From the NCBI GenBank assembly GCA_028282585.1, contig JANQHR010000134.1, positions 1-15,009 of the forward strand: 15,009 nucleotides of DNA. Direction: 5' to 3'. Position 1 is the first letter of the stretch. Every line of letters starts with the position of its first letter. A program made the position numbers and the translations under genes. The DNA is from Bacteroidales bacterium (GTDB lineage: Bacteria > Bacteroidota > Bacteroidia > Bacteroidales > UBA12077). The notes under the pieces are model-generated. The model was not told the origin of the DNA, ran no database searches, and worked only from the letters and a program-made list of their open reading frames with translations. Shown piece after piece: positions 1-9,421 of the stretch.

Positions 1-5
1 GGGTA

Positions 6-151
6 TCCGTCTATTTACCCAACAGGTATTTTTCGCAGTCATTTATTGTAATTTATCGTCATTCAGTTGTCAATTGTTGTTTTTTAAAACAGAAATGACC
101 ATTATTGACCATCTAATGACTACTTTAAATGACATTCGGTAAACAAACGGA
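6..151. repeat. Long imperfect palindrome: terminal inverted repeats enclosing two inverted arrays of four AATGAC-type units
   Basis: TCCGTCTATTTACC (6-19) vs GGTAAACAAACGGA (138-151), 12/14 complementary. GTCATT/GTAATT/GTCATT/GTCAAT at 38, 48, 58, 69 mirror AATGAC/ATTGAC/AATGAC/AATGAC at 94, 104, 115, 128 around a central TGTTTT-TT-AAAACA (78-91). Confidence 0.75.
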
Positions 152-247
152 CATTCATTAAAATCTAATTTGAAATCTTATTAGAAATTCAATAAACAAG
201 GTTAGCAAGATTTATTTAATTTTATCCGGTATTCTAAATCTTAAAAG

Positions 248-1321
248 ATGAAAATCCGAATATTTACTATATTATTTGTCGCCAGTTTTTTTGTTAGTTT
301 TCTTTCGTGTTCCAACAAACCAAAAAGATCCAGAAAACCTGTGGCCCAAATTACCATTCAACCTCGTAAAAAGACTTTAACTTATGGGGATTCTTTAAAC
401 ATTTCTGTTCAAATAAAAATTAGAAATGGAGAGTTGGCATATTCTAACTTATTTGTTGATAATAAGCTCGTTAAAAAAACTCAAGACCTCTCTTTTAATT
501 ATCCAATTTCTTCTTTAAATCAACTCGGTAAGCACAATATTAAAGTTATAGCTACCAAAACGGATAGCGTTCAGGGAATTAATTTTAAATCTTTTGAGGT
601 TGTTTCGGATATAAAACCCGAAGAATATACGTATGAAGTTGTGAATTCATATCCTCATAATACAGGTCATTTTACCCAGGGATTGGAAATATACAACAAC
701 CAGTTTTTTGAAAGTACTGGAGAACATAAAACTTCAGCTATTTATCGGTTTGATTTACATTCAGGAAAAGTATTGCAAACTAAAAAACTGGAAGATCAAT
801 ATTTTGGTGAAGGAATAACGATTGTGGATGACAAGATTTACCAGCTTACCTATAAAGCACAAAAAGGTTTTATATATGATGCTGATAGTTTTGCCAGAAT
901 AGATAGCTTTACCTATGACACACCGGAAGGCTGGGGCCTAACACATAATGAAGATCACATTATTAAAACTGATGGTTCTGAGTTTATCCATTTTATAGAT
1001 CCTGCGACAATGAAAGTTGTTCGAAAAATCCAGGTTTATAACCATAAACGCCCTGTGAAACTTTTGAATGAACTGGAGTACCACGATGGCGTAATTTATG
1101 CCAATATTTGGACGACCAATTTTGCTGTAAAAATTGATCCGGAAACGGGTAAGGTTTTGGGTAGGATTAATTTTAACGGTTTACTTCCGGTTATGCAAAA
1201 TCAAGAAGAACGAATTGATGTTTTGAATGGAATTGCTATTCATCCAGAAAATAATAAGATGTACATTACCGGTAAATTATGGCCTAAACTTTTCGAGGTA
1301 AAATTGATTAAAAAAGACTAG
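248..1321 (+). CDS. Glutaminyl-peptide cyclotransferase (plant/Xanthomonas-type beta-propeller QC), predicted lipoprotein
   Basis: Motifs FTQGL, ESTG, FGEG, EGWGL, LNELE, NIW, VLNGIA, TGKLWP. N-terminal hydrophobic stretch ends in a lipobox-like FLS-C21, followed by a ~100-aa extra N-terminal domain. Confidence 0.9.
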   Translation: MKIRIFTILFVASFFVSFLSCSNKPKRSRKPVAQITIQPRKKTLTYGDSLNISVQIKIRNGELAYSNLFVDNKLVKKTQDLSFNYPISSLNQLGKHNIKVIATKTDSVQGINFKSFEVVSDIKPEEYTYEVVNSYPHNTGHFTQGLEIYNNQFFESTGEHKTSAIYRFDLHSGKVLQTKKLEDQYFGEGITIVDDKIYQLTYKAQKGFIYDADSFARIDSFTYDTPEGWGLTHNEDHIIKTDGSEFIHFIDPATMKVVRKIQVYNHKRPVKLLNELEYHDGVIYANIWTTNFAVKIDPETGKVLGRINFNGLLPVMQNQEERIDVLNGIAIHPENNKMYITGKLWPKLFEVKLIKKD

Positions 1322-2330
1322 GGTTATCGCCGTACTTCACTTTTCCCAAATGTTTGTAAGCTAACTCAGTAACTTCTCTTCCACGTGGTGTTCGTTTTAT
1401 AAAACCTTCTTTAATCAAAAACGGCTCATAAACTTCCTCAATCGTGCCGGCATCTTCTCCTACAGCTGTTGAAATGGTTGTTATTCCTACAGGGCCACCT
1501 TTAAATTTATCGATGATGGTGTTAAGGATTTTGTTATCCATTTCATCTAAACCATGTTTATCGATGTTTAATGCCTCAAGTGAAAACCGGGTGATTTCCA
1601 TGTCTATTTTTCCATTGCCTTTCACTTGTGCAAAATCACGAACCCGACGAAGTAAAGCATTTACAATTCTAGGTGTTCCACGGCTTCTGGAAGCAATTTC
1701 TACAGCAGATTCCTTATTAATTTCAACATCAAGTATTTTAGCTGATCGCTTTACAATTCCGGTAAGTATGTTTAAATCGTAATATTCGAAATGCGATTTT
1801 ATTCCAAACCGGGCTCGCAACGGACTTGTTAATAAACCCGATCGGGTAGTGGCCCCAATTAAAGTAAATGCATGTAGTTCCAGCTGAATTGAACGTGCAC
1901 TGGGACCTTTATCAATCATTATGTCGATTTTGTAGTCTTCCATAGCTGAATACAAATATTCTTCAACTATCGGGCTTAAACGATGAATTTCGTCTATAAA
2001 AAGTACATCCCTTTCCTCAAGGTTTGTTAACAAACCAGCCAGATCACCCGGTTTATCTAAAACTGGTCCTGAAGTTAATTTAAATCCAACACCCAATTCG
2101 TTAGCAATAATATTTGCCAATGTTGTTTTACCCAAACCTGGTGGTCCATGTAGTAAAACATGATCCAGAGCTTCATCCCTCATTTTAGCTGCCTGAACAA
2201 AAACTTTCAGATTTTCAACAATTTGTTTCTGACCTTTAAAATCACCAAAAGTTAAAGGCCTTAATTGTTTATCAAGTTCAAATTCTTTATCAGAAAACGA
2301 ATGGTTGTGAAGATCAATATGATCAGACAT
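1308..2330 (-). CDS. ruvB: Holliday junction branch migration helicase RuvB
   Basis: LRP N-terminal motif, Walker [10 protein letters not shown], Walker B FIDEIH, GATTR, RGTPR, YEPFL, RTPRGR. ATG at 2330 preferred over the TTG at 2336. 3' end overlaps the QC gene convergently by 14 bp. Confidence 0.98.
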   Translation of the reverse strand: MSDHIDLHNHSFSDKEFELDKQLRPLTFGDFKGQKQIVENLKVFVQAAKMRDEALDHVLLHGPPGLGKTTLANIIANELGVGFKLTSGPVLDKPGDLAGLLTNLEERDVLFIDEIHRLSPIVEEYLYSAMEDYKIDIMIDKGPSARSIQLELHAFTLIGATTRSGLLTSPLRARFGIKSHFEYYDLNILTGIVKRSAKILDVEINKESAVEIASRSRGTPRIVNALLRRVRDFAQVKGNGKIDMEITRFSLEALNIDKHGLDEMDNKILNTIIDKFKGGPVGITTISTAVGEDAGTIEEVYEPFLIKEGFIKRTPRGREVTELAYKHLGKVKYGDNPSLF

Positions 2331-2375
2331 AATCAACTACAATTTAAACCTGTTTACTACAGGCAACAACAAAAG

Positions 2376-2409
2376 CAAAGATAGTTTTATTTCTGGAAGG
2401 AAACGCAAA
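2376..2409 (-). promoter_or_regulatory. Putative Bacteroidota housekeeping promoter for ruvB
   Basis: Minus strand TATCTTTG (2383-2376) matches the -7 consensus TAnnTTTG. TTTG at 2409-2406 lies 22 nt upstream, slightly beyond the usual spacing. Confidence 0.6.
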
Positions 2410-2414
2410 GGGAA

Positions 2415-2801
2415 CTAAACACTGATTTTAAGTTCTTCAAAGATTTTTAACAATTTATCAATGTCAAAAGGTTTTGCCATGAATTCATTCATCCCGTAAG
2501 AAATGCATTTTTCCCGGTCGTTATCCATGGTGTTAGCAGTAATTGCAATAATTGGGGTTTTTTCTTTATTGAGACTTTCTTCGAATTCGCGAATTTTAAC
2601 TGTAGCTTCCAGGCCATCCATAACAGGCATCATGATGTCCATCAAAATAACATCAAATTTTTGCTCTTTATACATATTCAAGCCTTCAAGGCCATTATTT
2701 GCGATAGAAACCTCATGTTCATATTTTTTCAAACTAAAAGTAACTATCCTCTGGTTTAAGAGGTTGTCTTCAACAAGTAATATAGAAAGCCTTTCACTCA
2801 T
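2415..2801 (-). CDS. Single-domain response regulator receiver (CheY-like REC, hybrid-kinase-type)
   Basis: ILLVEDN, DVILMDIMMPVMDG (phosphoacceptor Asp), PIIAITA, KPF. No output domain. Confidence 0.92.
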   Translation of the reverse strand: MSERLSILLVEDNLLNQRIVTFSLKKYEHEVSIANNGLEGLNMYKEQKFDVILMDIMMPVMDGLEATVKIREFEESLNKEKTPIIAITANTMDNDREKCISYGMNEFMAKPFDIDKLLKIFEELKISV

Positions 2802-3318
2802 CCAATCCCAATCTTTGCATTATTAAATTAATTCTATTTTTAAGAGAAAGGAAACCCATTTTTATTTGAATTTCTTCTATCCAATCAAATATAGTATATA
2901 TTTTAAATAAATATTGAAATATAAAGAATGTATATAAATATAGCCTGTTAATTACTTTGAAAAAAAATTGTATGAATGTTTGTAAATATGAAATATCAAG
3001 CTCTGATCTTATTTTTTTAACGACTAATACACATATCTTTTTTCTTTAAATCAACTTTATAGCGATTTAACTAACAGTTGTTAGTTTTAATTGTTTTTGA
3101 AAATAAAATGTGGAATAGAGACTAAATAAGTGTTAGTTTTTTGAAGATTATTATTTAAGATTTTTACTTTGTTTTTTGGATAAAATAATCTATTCAGAAT
3201 TCAATTCGCATTATAAAATTTATTTTTACGTTTTTGTTTTTATAATATCAACAGTAATCAAAATGTAACTAACAATCGTTGATTTTATAAATGGTTGTTT
3301 TTGTGCTAATTAATTTTT
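2802..3318. other. Very AT-rich divergent intergenic region; candidate oriC
   Basis: 2887-2942 has only 4 G/C in 56 nt. DnaA-box-like 9-mers: TGTATATAA 2929, TAATACACA 3025, TGTGGAATA 3109, TTTGGATAA 3175, ATATCAACA 3245. Four AACTAACA/TGTTAGTT copies. mnmG and parS are nearby. Confidence 0.4.
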
Positions 3319-6300
3319 ATGTCAGAAAGCTATAAACATCTTGTTAGTAAACTAAATTCAACACGAAAGAAGTATTACAAATACCTTATTTTAAGAGGTT
3401 TAATAATACTTTTCGGAATATGTTTAATTTGTGTTTTTAGTGTAAGCTTTTTAGAATCAACCGTTTATTTTTCAATAGGAACGAAAGAAGTTATATTTTA
3501 CTCTTTCGTGTTTTTGTTTTTAATGTTACTAAGTTGGTTAGTAGTTATTCCATTATTAAAACTTCCGGGTTTTTTAAAAACGATTTCAGATAGAAACTTA
3601 TCAAAGCTTATTTCAAATCACTTTTCAGCTATAAAAGACAGATTATTAAATCTTATTGAATTAATAGAACTACAAAAAAAGGAAAAGAATGACCTTATTA
3701 ATGCCAGTATAAATCAAAAGATAAACGAGTTAGTTCCATATGATTTTAGAAAAGCAATTACTTATGACAATCTGAAAAGAAAAGCTTTCTTTCTATTAGT
3801 GGGAGCTGTTTTTGTGTTAGTTATAAATTTTAGTTTAAATCATAGCATTGCATCAGGTTTTATACGATTAGCTCATTTTCAAACAGAATATACTCCACCT
3901 GCAGGCTTTTCTTATATACTAATTTCTGAAGATTTAGAAATCAAGAAAGGAGATGATTTTACAATACAGGTTAAATGTGAGGGTAGGGAAGTACCTGGTT
4001 TATTATATATAAATATTTCGGGTATAGATTACCTAATGGAACGGAGTAATGATTCTTTCGAGTTTGAGTTGAAATATATTAATAACTCTTTTTCATTCTA
4101 TTTTACCGATAAAGTAATCCATTCAAAAAGATATCAATTAAAAGTTTTACGAAATCCAGTTATTGTAGATTATCAGGTAGATATTAATCCACCGGGCTAT
4201 ACTGGAATTACAGATAGTAAATTTGAGAATATAGGGGATTTGGAGGTTCCCTATGGTTCAAAAGTTAAATGGAGTTTTAAAACTGCTGATGTTGATAGTT
4301 TGATGGTAAATTTTAAAACTGATACAGTTTTAATGGTAGATGATGTAATTACCCGTCAATTTTTCAGTGATGAAAATTACAATATCAGTATTTCAAATGA
4401 ATACTTCAATTACGATAATCTGTTAAGTTTTACTGTTAAAGTTTTACCCGATTTTTATCCTGAAATTGAGTTGGTTCAGTTAAACGATTCTTCAGATTTT
4501 AGCAGGTTCTTTTTTAAAGGTTCAATTCATGATGATTACGGGTTCAATGATTTAAAATTTCATGTTCATATTAATCAAGTTGATACACTTTTTGATCTGC
4601 CAATTTTTAAACAACTGGTTGATCAGGAGTTTTATTATACTTTTAGTTTTAATGATATTGTAAAACCCGGGCAGAAGGCACATTATTATTTTGAAGTTTC
4701 TGATAATGATCCCTTTAATGGGTATAAAAAGACTACCAGCAAATCTTTTGAGTTTATATTTCCAACACAAGACGAATTACTAAGTTTTGAAAATGAATCG
4801 ATTGAAGAACTTGAAGATTTATTACAAAAGAGTCAGGAAATTAGTCAGGACATAAAAGAGTCAATTGAGGAACTGAAGTTTAAGAACTTTTCCGGTAATT
4901 CTTCTGGTTGGGAAAAGCAGCAACTGGCAAATGAAATTGTAAATAAAAAGAATCAGCTTGAAAATATTCTTCAAAAGATTGAAGAAAAGAATGAAGAGAT
5001 GAACCAGTTTATGAATTCATTTTCGAATGAAAAAAAGGAAATTCTTGAAAAACAAAAGGAAGTTGAACAATTACTTGAAGAGGTTTTAAGTGATGAATTG
5101 AAAGAACTTTTTGATGAATTTAATAAACTGGCACAGGATTTTAAAAGTGATGATTTTAATAAAATGAATGACAAATATGAATTATCACTTGATGATTTGT
5201 CAAAGCAACTTGAACGAAATTTACAGGCATTAAAACGAATGAAAGTTGAGCAAAAAATGGAGCGCTTAACTGATTTTTTAAGTGAATTATCTCAATCTGA
5301 ATTAACTAATTCCAATAAACTTGAAACAACCAAGAATTTTGATGAAATAATTCAATCAGAAAATGAAAATAAATCTTCTTTTAAAAATGTAAGTGAAGAA
5401 TTAAACGAGATATTTGAATTGAATGAAGAATTAAAAAAGCCTTTAAATCTTCCAGAATTTAAAGATGAAAAAGAAAAAGTAAATGAGCTTTATAATCAGA
5501 TATTAGATAATTTATCTAAAAAGAAAAGGAAGAAATCAATCGAGTCAATCAGGGAAAACAGTCAGCAATTACAATCATTTTCGAATTCAATAAAAAAATC
5601 ATTGGAAGAAAACCAGTTGAAACAAAACTTTGAAAATATTAATAACATTCGTCAGATTTTAGATAACCTGGTTTACCTTTCTTTGGAGCAAGAGGAACTG
5701 CTTATTCAGTTAAATACAGTTGCTGTTAATGATCCTCAATTGAATGAAATAATTGGTTTTCAGGATAATTTGATTGATCAAACTTCGCATGTAAAAGATT
5801 CATTATATGCATTAAGTAATCGTACTGCAGCCATTGGAAATATAATTAATAAAGAGCTTGTGGATCTGGAATTTAGTATGGCTAAAAGTAAAGATGAACT
5901 TGCTGATGATAAAATAAGTTCGGCTAAAAAAGAACAGCAATTATCCATTACTGCTTTAAATAACATGGCCGTTTTTCTGAATGAAGCATTGAAGAACCTG
6001 GAAAGGCAAATGGCCAATTCAATGCCTGGTGATCAACAATGTAATAAACCCGGGCAGGATGGGAAGGCAGGTTTTGATCTACTAAAACAGGCACAGGAAT
6101 CACTTAAGCAGCAATTGCAACAGATGATTGAACAAATGAAAAGTGGTAATTCTCAGAATATGAGTGAGCAATTGGGCAGAACATTATCACAACAGGAAAT
6201 GATGCAGCAAATGATTAGGGATTTGATAAATAGCGATGAAATAGGAAGTTCTTCAAAACAGCAATTGAAGCAAATAGATCGATTAATTGAAAACACCAGG

Positions 6301-6588
6301 ATTGACATAATTAATCAAAGAATTTCTCAACAAACTATACACAGGCAAAACTTAATACTTGATCGTTTATTAAAAGCTGAGAAGGCAGAAATAGAGCGGG
6401 AAATAGATGATGAAAGGGATTCAAAAACAGCAGAAGAAAAATTTTATAGTAACCCGGCGACGTTTTTTGAGTATAACAATAAAGAAACTAAATTTGACAA
6501 CCAGATTTTTAGAAAAAAGTATAAATTGAAAAAGTTTTATCAGGATAAGTACAGAGAGTATATAAATGATTTAAATAATAAAGATTGA
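3319..6588 (+). CDS. DUF4175-like large membrane-anchored coiled-coil protein
   Basis: 1089 aa. Three N-terminal hydrophobic segments, a beta-rich middle with PPGYTG and DDYG motifs, a long E/K/Q/L coiled-coil and a Gln/Gly-rich C-terminal region. Position upstream of ybeY-mnmG fits Bacteroidota. Family name is from recognition, not a search. Confidence 0.65.
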   Translation: MSESYKHLVSKLNSTRKKYYKYLILRGLIILFGICLICVFSVSFLESTVYFSIGTKEVIFYSFVFLFLMLLSWLVVIPLLKLPGFLKTISDRNLSKLISNHFSAIKDRLLNLIELIELQKKEKNDLINASINQKINELVPYDFRKAITYDNLKRKAFFLLVGAVFVLVINFSLNHSIASGFIRLAHFQTEYTPPAGFSYILISEDLEIKKGDDFTIQVKCEGREVPGLLYINISGIDYLMERSNDSFEFELKYINNSFSFYFTDKVIHSKRYQLKVLRNPVIVDYQVDINPPGYTGITDSKFENIGDLEVPYGSKVKWSFKTADVDSLMVNFKTDTVLMVDDVITRQFFSDENYNISISNEYFNYDNLLSFTVKVLPDFYPEIELVQLNDSSDFSRFFFKGSIHDDYGFNDLKFHVHINQVDTLFDLPIFKQLVDQEFYYTFSFNDIVKPGQKAHYYFEVSDNDPFNGYKKTTSKSFEFIFPTQDELLSFENESIEELEDLLQKSQEISQDIKESIEELKFKNFSGNSSGWEKQQLANEIVNKKNQLENILQKIEEKNEEMNQFMNSFSNEKKEILEKQKEVEQLLEEVLSDELKELFDEFNKLAQDFKSDDFNKMNDKYELSLDDLSKQLERNLQALKRMKVEQKMERLTDFLSELSQSELTNSNKLETTKNFDEIIQSENENKSSFKNVSEELNEIFELNEELKKPLNLPEFKDEKEKVNELYNQILDNLSKKKRKKSIESIRENSQQLQSFSNSIKKSLEENQLKQNFENINNIRQILDNLVYLSLEQEELLIQLNTVAVNDPQLNEIIGFQDNLIDQTSHVKDSLYALSNRTAAIGNIINKELVDLEFSMAKSKDELADDKISSAKKEQQLSITALNNMAVFLNEALKNLERQMANSMPGDQQCNKPGQDGKAGFDLLKQAQESLKQQLQQMIEQMKSGNSQNMSEQLGRTLSQQEMMQQMIRDLINSDEIGSSSKQQLKQIDRLIENTRIDIINQRISQQTIHRQNLILDRLLKAEKAEIEREIDDERDSKTAEEKFYSNPATFFEYNNKETKFDNQIFRKKYKLKKFYQDKYREYINDLNNKD

Positions 6589-7004
6589 AGCATCAATTAC
6601 GCATACCCTCACATATTCAATATTTAAACGAAGTAGAGTCGTTTATCCAAACTATAATTGAATATTATTCATTGCCTGATTCAATGCATGGCCATTTTAT
6701 GTTAACTATTTGTGAATCAGTCAATAATGCTATTTTTCATGGTAATAAACAAGATATGAATAAGCATGTTCATATTGAAGTAAATGAAGATAATTCCAGG
6801 TTGAGTGTTTCTGTTGCTGATGAAGGAAATGGCTTTGATTATTCAAATTTGCCTGATCCTACTTCAAAGGATTATATTAGAAATGAAAGAGGTAGGGGAC
6901 TATTTCTGATTAAAAATCTTGCAGATGAAGTTGTTTTTCATAATAATGGTTCTACCATACAATTTAAATTTGATATAAAACGTGAGCCTGAATTACTACT
7001 TTGA
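6585..7004 (+). CDS. RsbW/anti-sigma-factor-like ATP-binding protein (HATPase_c fold)
   Basis: N box ESVNNAIFHGN, G1 DEGNGFD, G2 ERGRGLFLI. TTG start overlaps the upstream TGA (TTGA). Confidence 0.85.
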   Translation: MKHQLRIPSHIQYLNEVESFIQTIIEYYSLPDSMHGHFMLTICESVNNAIFHGNKQDMNKHVHIEVNEDNSRLSVSVADEGNGFDYSNLPDPTSKDYIRNERGRGLFLIKNLADEVVFHNNGSTIQFKFDIKREPELLL

Positions 7005-7392
7005 GGAGATTGAAGATTTTCCTATTTCACAAAATATTGACAAATGGATAGAAAATACGATTCTATCAGAAAAAAGAAAAGCTGGTGATATCAGCTTTAT
7101 TTTTTGCTCTGACGATTATCTTTTAAATATTAATCAGGAATATTTAAATCATGACTATTATACTGATGTTATAACATTTGATTATGTGCAGGAAGATGAA
7201 ATATCTGGTGATATATTTATAAGTGTGGAAAGAATCAGAGATAATGCTGTAGAGTTTAATGCAACATTTGATGATGAGTTGAACAGAATCATGATTCATG
7301 GCGTTTTACATTTGCTGGGATATAAAGATAAAAGTGAGCAGGAGAAACAAATCATGACTGATAAAGAAAATGAATACCTTTCAAAACGCTAA
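6982..7392 (+). CDS. ybeY: rRNA maturation endoribonuclease YbeY
   Basis: LN..YL.HDYYTDVITF, GDIFIS, IHGVLHLLGY. GTG start with a 23-bp overlap of the upstream gene. Confidence 0.95.
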   Translation: MSLNYYFEEIEDFPISQNIDKWIENTILSEKRKAGDISFIFCSDDYLLNINQEYLNHDYYTDVITFDYVQEDEISGDIFISVERIRDNAVEFNATFDDELNRIMIHGVLHLLGYKDKSEQEKQIMTDKENEYLSKR

Positions 7393-7417
7393 CTTTTTCT
7401 ATTCAAAGCTTTTCTAT

Positions 7418-7425
7418 TAATTTTG
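7418..7425 (+). promoter_or_regulatory. Putative -7 promoter element for mnmG
   Basis: TAATTTTG(C) matches TAnnTTTG and ends 20 nt before the mnmG ATG. No clear -33 TTTG was seen. Confidence 0.5.
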
Positions 7426-7445
7426 CGGTTTAAAATTTATATAGG

Positions 7446-9323
7446 ATGTTTCCTTTTTATGATGTTATAGTAGTTGGTGGCGGACATGCAGGATGTGAAG
7501 CAGCAGTAGCAGCAGCTAATTTAGGTTCTAAGACTTTACTTATAACTATGGATATGGGTAAGTATGCTCAGATGTCGTGTAATCCTGCAATAGGTGGTAT
7601 AGCTAAAGGTCAGATTGTACGAGAAATTGATGCGCTGGGTGGTTATACAGGAATTATAGCAGATAAGTCTTCCATACAGTTTAGAATGCTAAATCGTTCT
7701 AAAGGTCCTGCAATGTGGAGTCCGCGTTCACAAAGTGATCGATTTCGTTTTTCTGAATTTTGGAGATGGCAGCTTGAGTCAACAGAAAATTTGGATTTAT
7801 GGCAGGATGCTGTTGTCCATTTGTTGATCGATAATGGTGAGATAAAAGGAGTTAAAACCAAACTAGGAATTGAATTTAATTCCAGGACAGTTATATTAAC
7901 CAATGGGACTTTTCTAAATGGATTAATGCATGTCGGACGTGCACAAATGGAAGGTGGCAGAATAGGGGAGTCTGCTTCTTATTTGATTAGCGATCAATTA
8001 GCAGAAGCTGGTTTTACTACAGGTCGTTTAAAAACCGGAACACCTGTAAGAATTGATGGAAGAACAATTGATTTCAAAAGTCTTCAGGAGCAAAAAGGCG
8101 AAGAAGGGCATTATAAGTTTTCATACCTGCCAGATGTAAAAACTGATTTGAAACAACGTAGTTGCTGGATTAGTTATACCAACGAAAAGGTACATGAAAT
8201 TTTGGAGCAAGGCTTTGATGATTCACCCATGTACAACGGTACTATTAAAGGAGCCGGTCCCAGATATTGCCCAAGTATTGAATCTAAACTTGTGACATTT
8301 TCCGAAAAGAAATCGCATCAATTGTTTCTTGAACCTGAAGGGGAATTAACTGAAGAATATTATTTGAATGGTTTTTCTTCATCTCTTTCGTGGGATATTC
8401 AATATAAGGCCATGCAACTTATTCCTGGCTTGGAAAAAGCAAAAATATTTAGACCAGGTTATGCTATAGAATACGATTATTTTGATCCTACTCAGTTGTA
8501 TCATACGTTAGAAACAAAGTATATTTCTAATCTATATTTTGCCGGGCAGATTAATGGTACGACAGGATATGAAGAAGCAGCTGCACAAGGCTTGCTTGCA
8601 GGTATAAATGCACATCAAAAATCACATGATTTAGCAGATTTTGTATTGAATCGTAATGAAGCTTATATCGGTGTTTTGATTGATGATTTGGTTACAAAAG
8701 GCGTAGATGAACCCTATCGTATGTTTACTTCACGAGCCGAGTATCGAATCCTTTTGAGACAGGATGATGCTGATTCACGATTAACTATGAAGTCATACGA
8801 ACTAGGATTAGCTCAACGTGAACGGGTAGATTTGCTTAATCAAAAGATTGAATTGCGGGATGGTGTAATTGATTATATTGCTAATTTTTCAATCAAGGCT
8901 CACTATATAAATGAGCTTCTTGAATCCAAAGGAACAACTCCATTAAAACAAGGAGTGAAGCTAAAAGATATAATCCTTCGCCCACAAATTTCAATTTTCG
9001 ATGTGGTTGAACCTGTTGAACCTTTTAAGAAATTTTTGAAGAATCTTCCTGCTAACAGGTACCACGAAATCCTTGAATCCGTAGAAATTTTGATTAAATA
9101 TTCAGGCTATATAGATCGTGAAAAATTGATAGCTGACAAGTTTAAAAGGCTTGAAAATATTAATATCCAAAACAAATTCGATTACGAAAACATCCATACT
9201 ATTTCTACTGAGGCAAGACAAAAACTAAGCAAAATAAATCCAAAAACGATTGGTCAGGCGAGCCGTATTTCAGGGGTAAGTCCATCTGATATTAATGTGC
9301 TTTTAGTAATGCTTGGCCGATAA
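7446..9323 (+). CDS. mnmG: tRNA uridine-5-carboxymethylaminomethyl modification enzyme MnmG (GidA)
   Basis: FAD motif [66 protein letters not shown]. Confidence 0.99.
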   Translation: MFPFYDVIVVGGGHAGCEAAVAAANLGSKTLLITMDMGKYAQMSCNPAIGGIAKGQIVREIDALGGYTGIIADKSSIQFRMLNRSKGPAMWSPRSQSDRFRFSEFWRWQLESTENLDLWQDAVVHLLIDNGEIKGVKTKLGIEFNSRTVILTNGTFLNGLMHVGRAQMEGGRIGESASYLISDQLAEAGFTTGRLKTGTPVRIDGRTIDFKSLQEQKGEEGHYKFSYLPDVKTDLKQRSCWISYTNEKVHEILEQGFDDSPMYNGTIKGAGPRYCPSIESKLVTFSEKKSHQLFLEPEGELTEEYYLNGFSSSLSWDIQYKAMQLIPGLEKAKIFRPGYAIEYDYFDPTQLYHTLETKYISNLYFAGQINGTTGYEEAAAQGLLAGINAHQKSHDLADFVLNRNEAYIGVLIDDLVTKGVDEPYRMFTSRAEYRILLRQDDADSRLTMKSYELGLAQRERVDLLNQKIELRDGVIDYIANFSIKAHYINELLESKGTTPLKQGVKLKDIILRPQISIFDVVEPVEPFKKFLKNLPANRYHEILESVEILIKYSGYIDREKLIADKFKRLENINIQNKFDYENIHTISTEARQKLSKINPKTIGQASRISGVSPSDINVLLVMLGR

Positions 9324-9339
9324 TGTTCCACGTGGAACA
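9324..9339. promoter_or_regulatory. parS centromere-like site (ParB binding)
   Basis: Perfect 16-bp palindrome TGTTCCACGTGGAACA matching the parS consensus TGTTNCACGTGRAACA, immediately after the mnmG TAA. Confidence 0.92.
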
Positions 9340-9363
9340 AAAACCTAAACATATGAAACGAAC

Positions 9364-9412
9364 ATGAATTTAAGAATACTAAACTAAGATGCACGAGTAT
9401 GCTTAAATTCAT
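9364..9412. repeat. 17-bp inverted repeat / hairpin
   Basis: ATGAATTTAAGAATACT (9364-9380) vs AGTATGCTTAAATTCAT (9396-9412), 16/17 complementary with a 15-nt loop. No U-tract follows. Confidence 0.8.
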
Positions 9413-9421
9413 TGGGAGTTC

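Noticed and set aside
38-137. AATGAC arrays as a CRISPR array
   Set aside because: Units are ~10 bp with no 25-45 bp unique spacers, and no cas genes are present.
1377-1682. parS-like pieces in ruvB (TCTTCCACGTGGTGTT at 1377; TGTTCCACG at 1674)
   Set aside because: Only 11/16 or a half-site, and explained by the conserved TPRGR and RGTP codons.
2349-2363. CCTGT-ttact-ACAGG hairpin in the ruvB leader
   Set aside because: A 5-bp stem is expected by chance.
2884-3291. IHF sites from repeated ATCAA
   Set aside because: None of the copies checked completes the WATCAANNNNTTR consensus.
3319-6588. Low-GC large ORF as a horizontally acquired island or SMC/defence ATPase
   Set aside because: No Walker motifs and no mobility genes. 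It is coupled to the core ybeY-mnmG cluster.
9323-9367. MFHVEQ... mini-ORF as a real protein gene
   Set aside because: MFHVEQ is simply the translation of parS. It is kept only as part of a speculative regulatory model.
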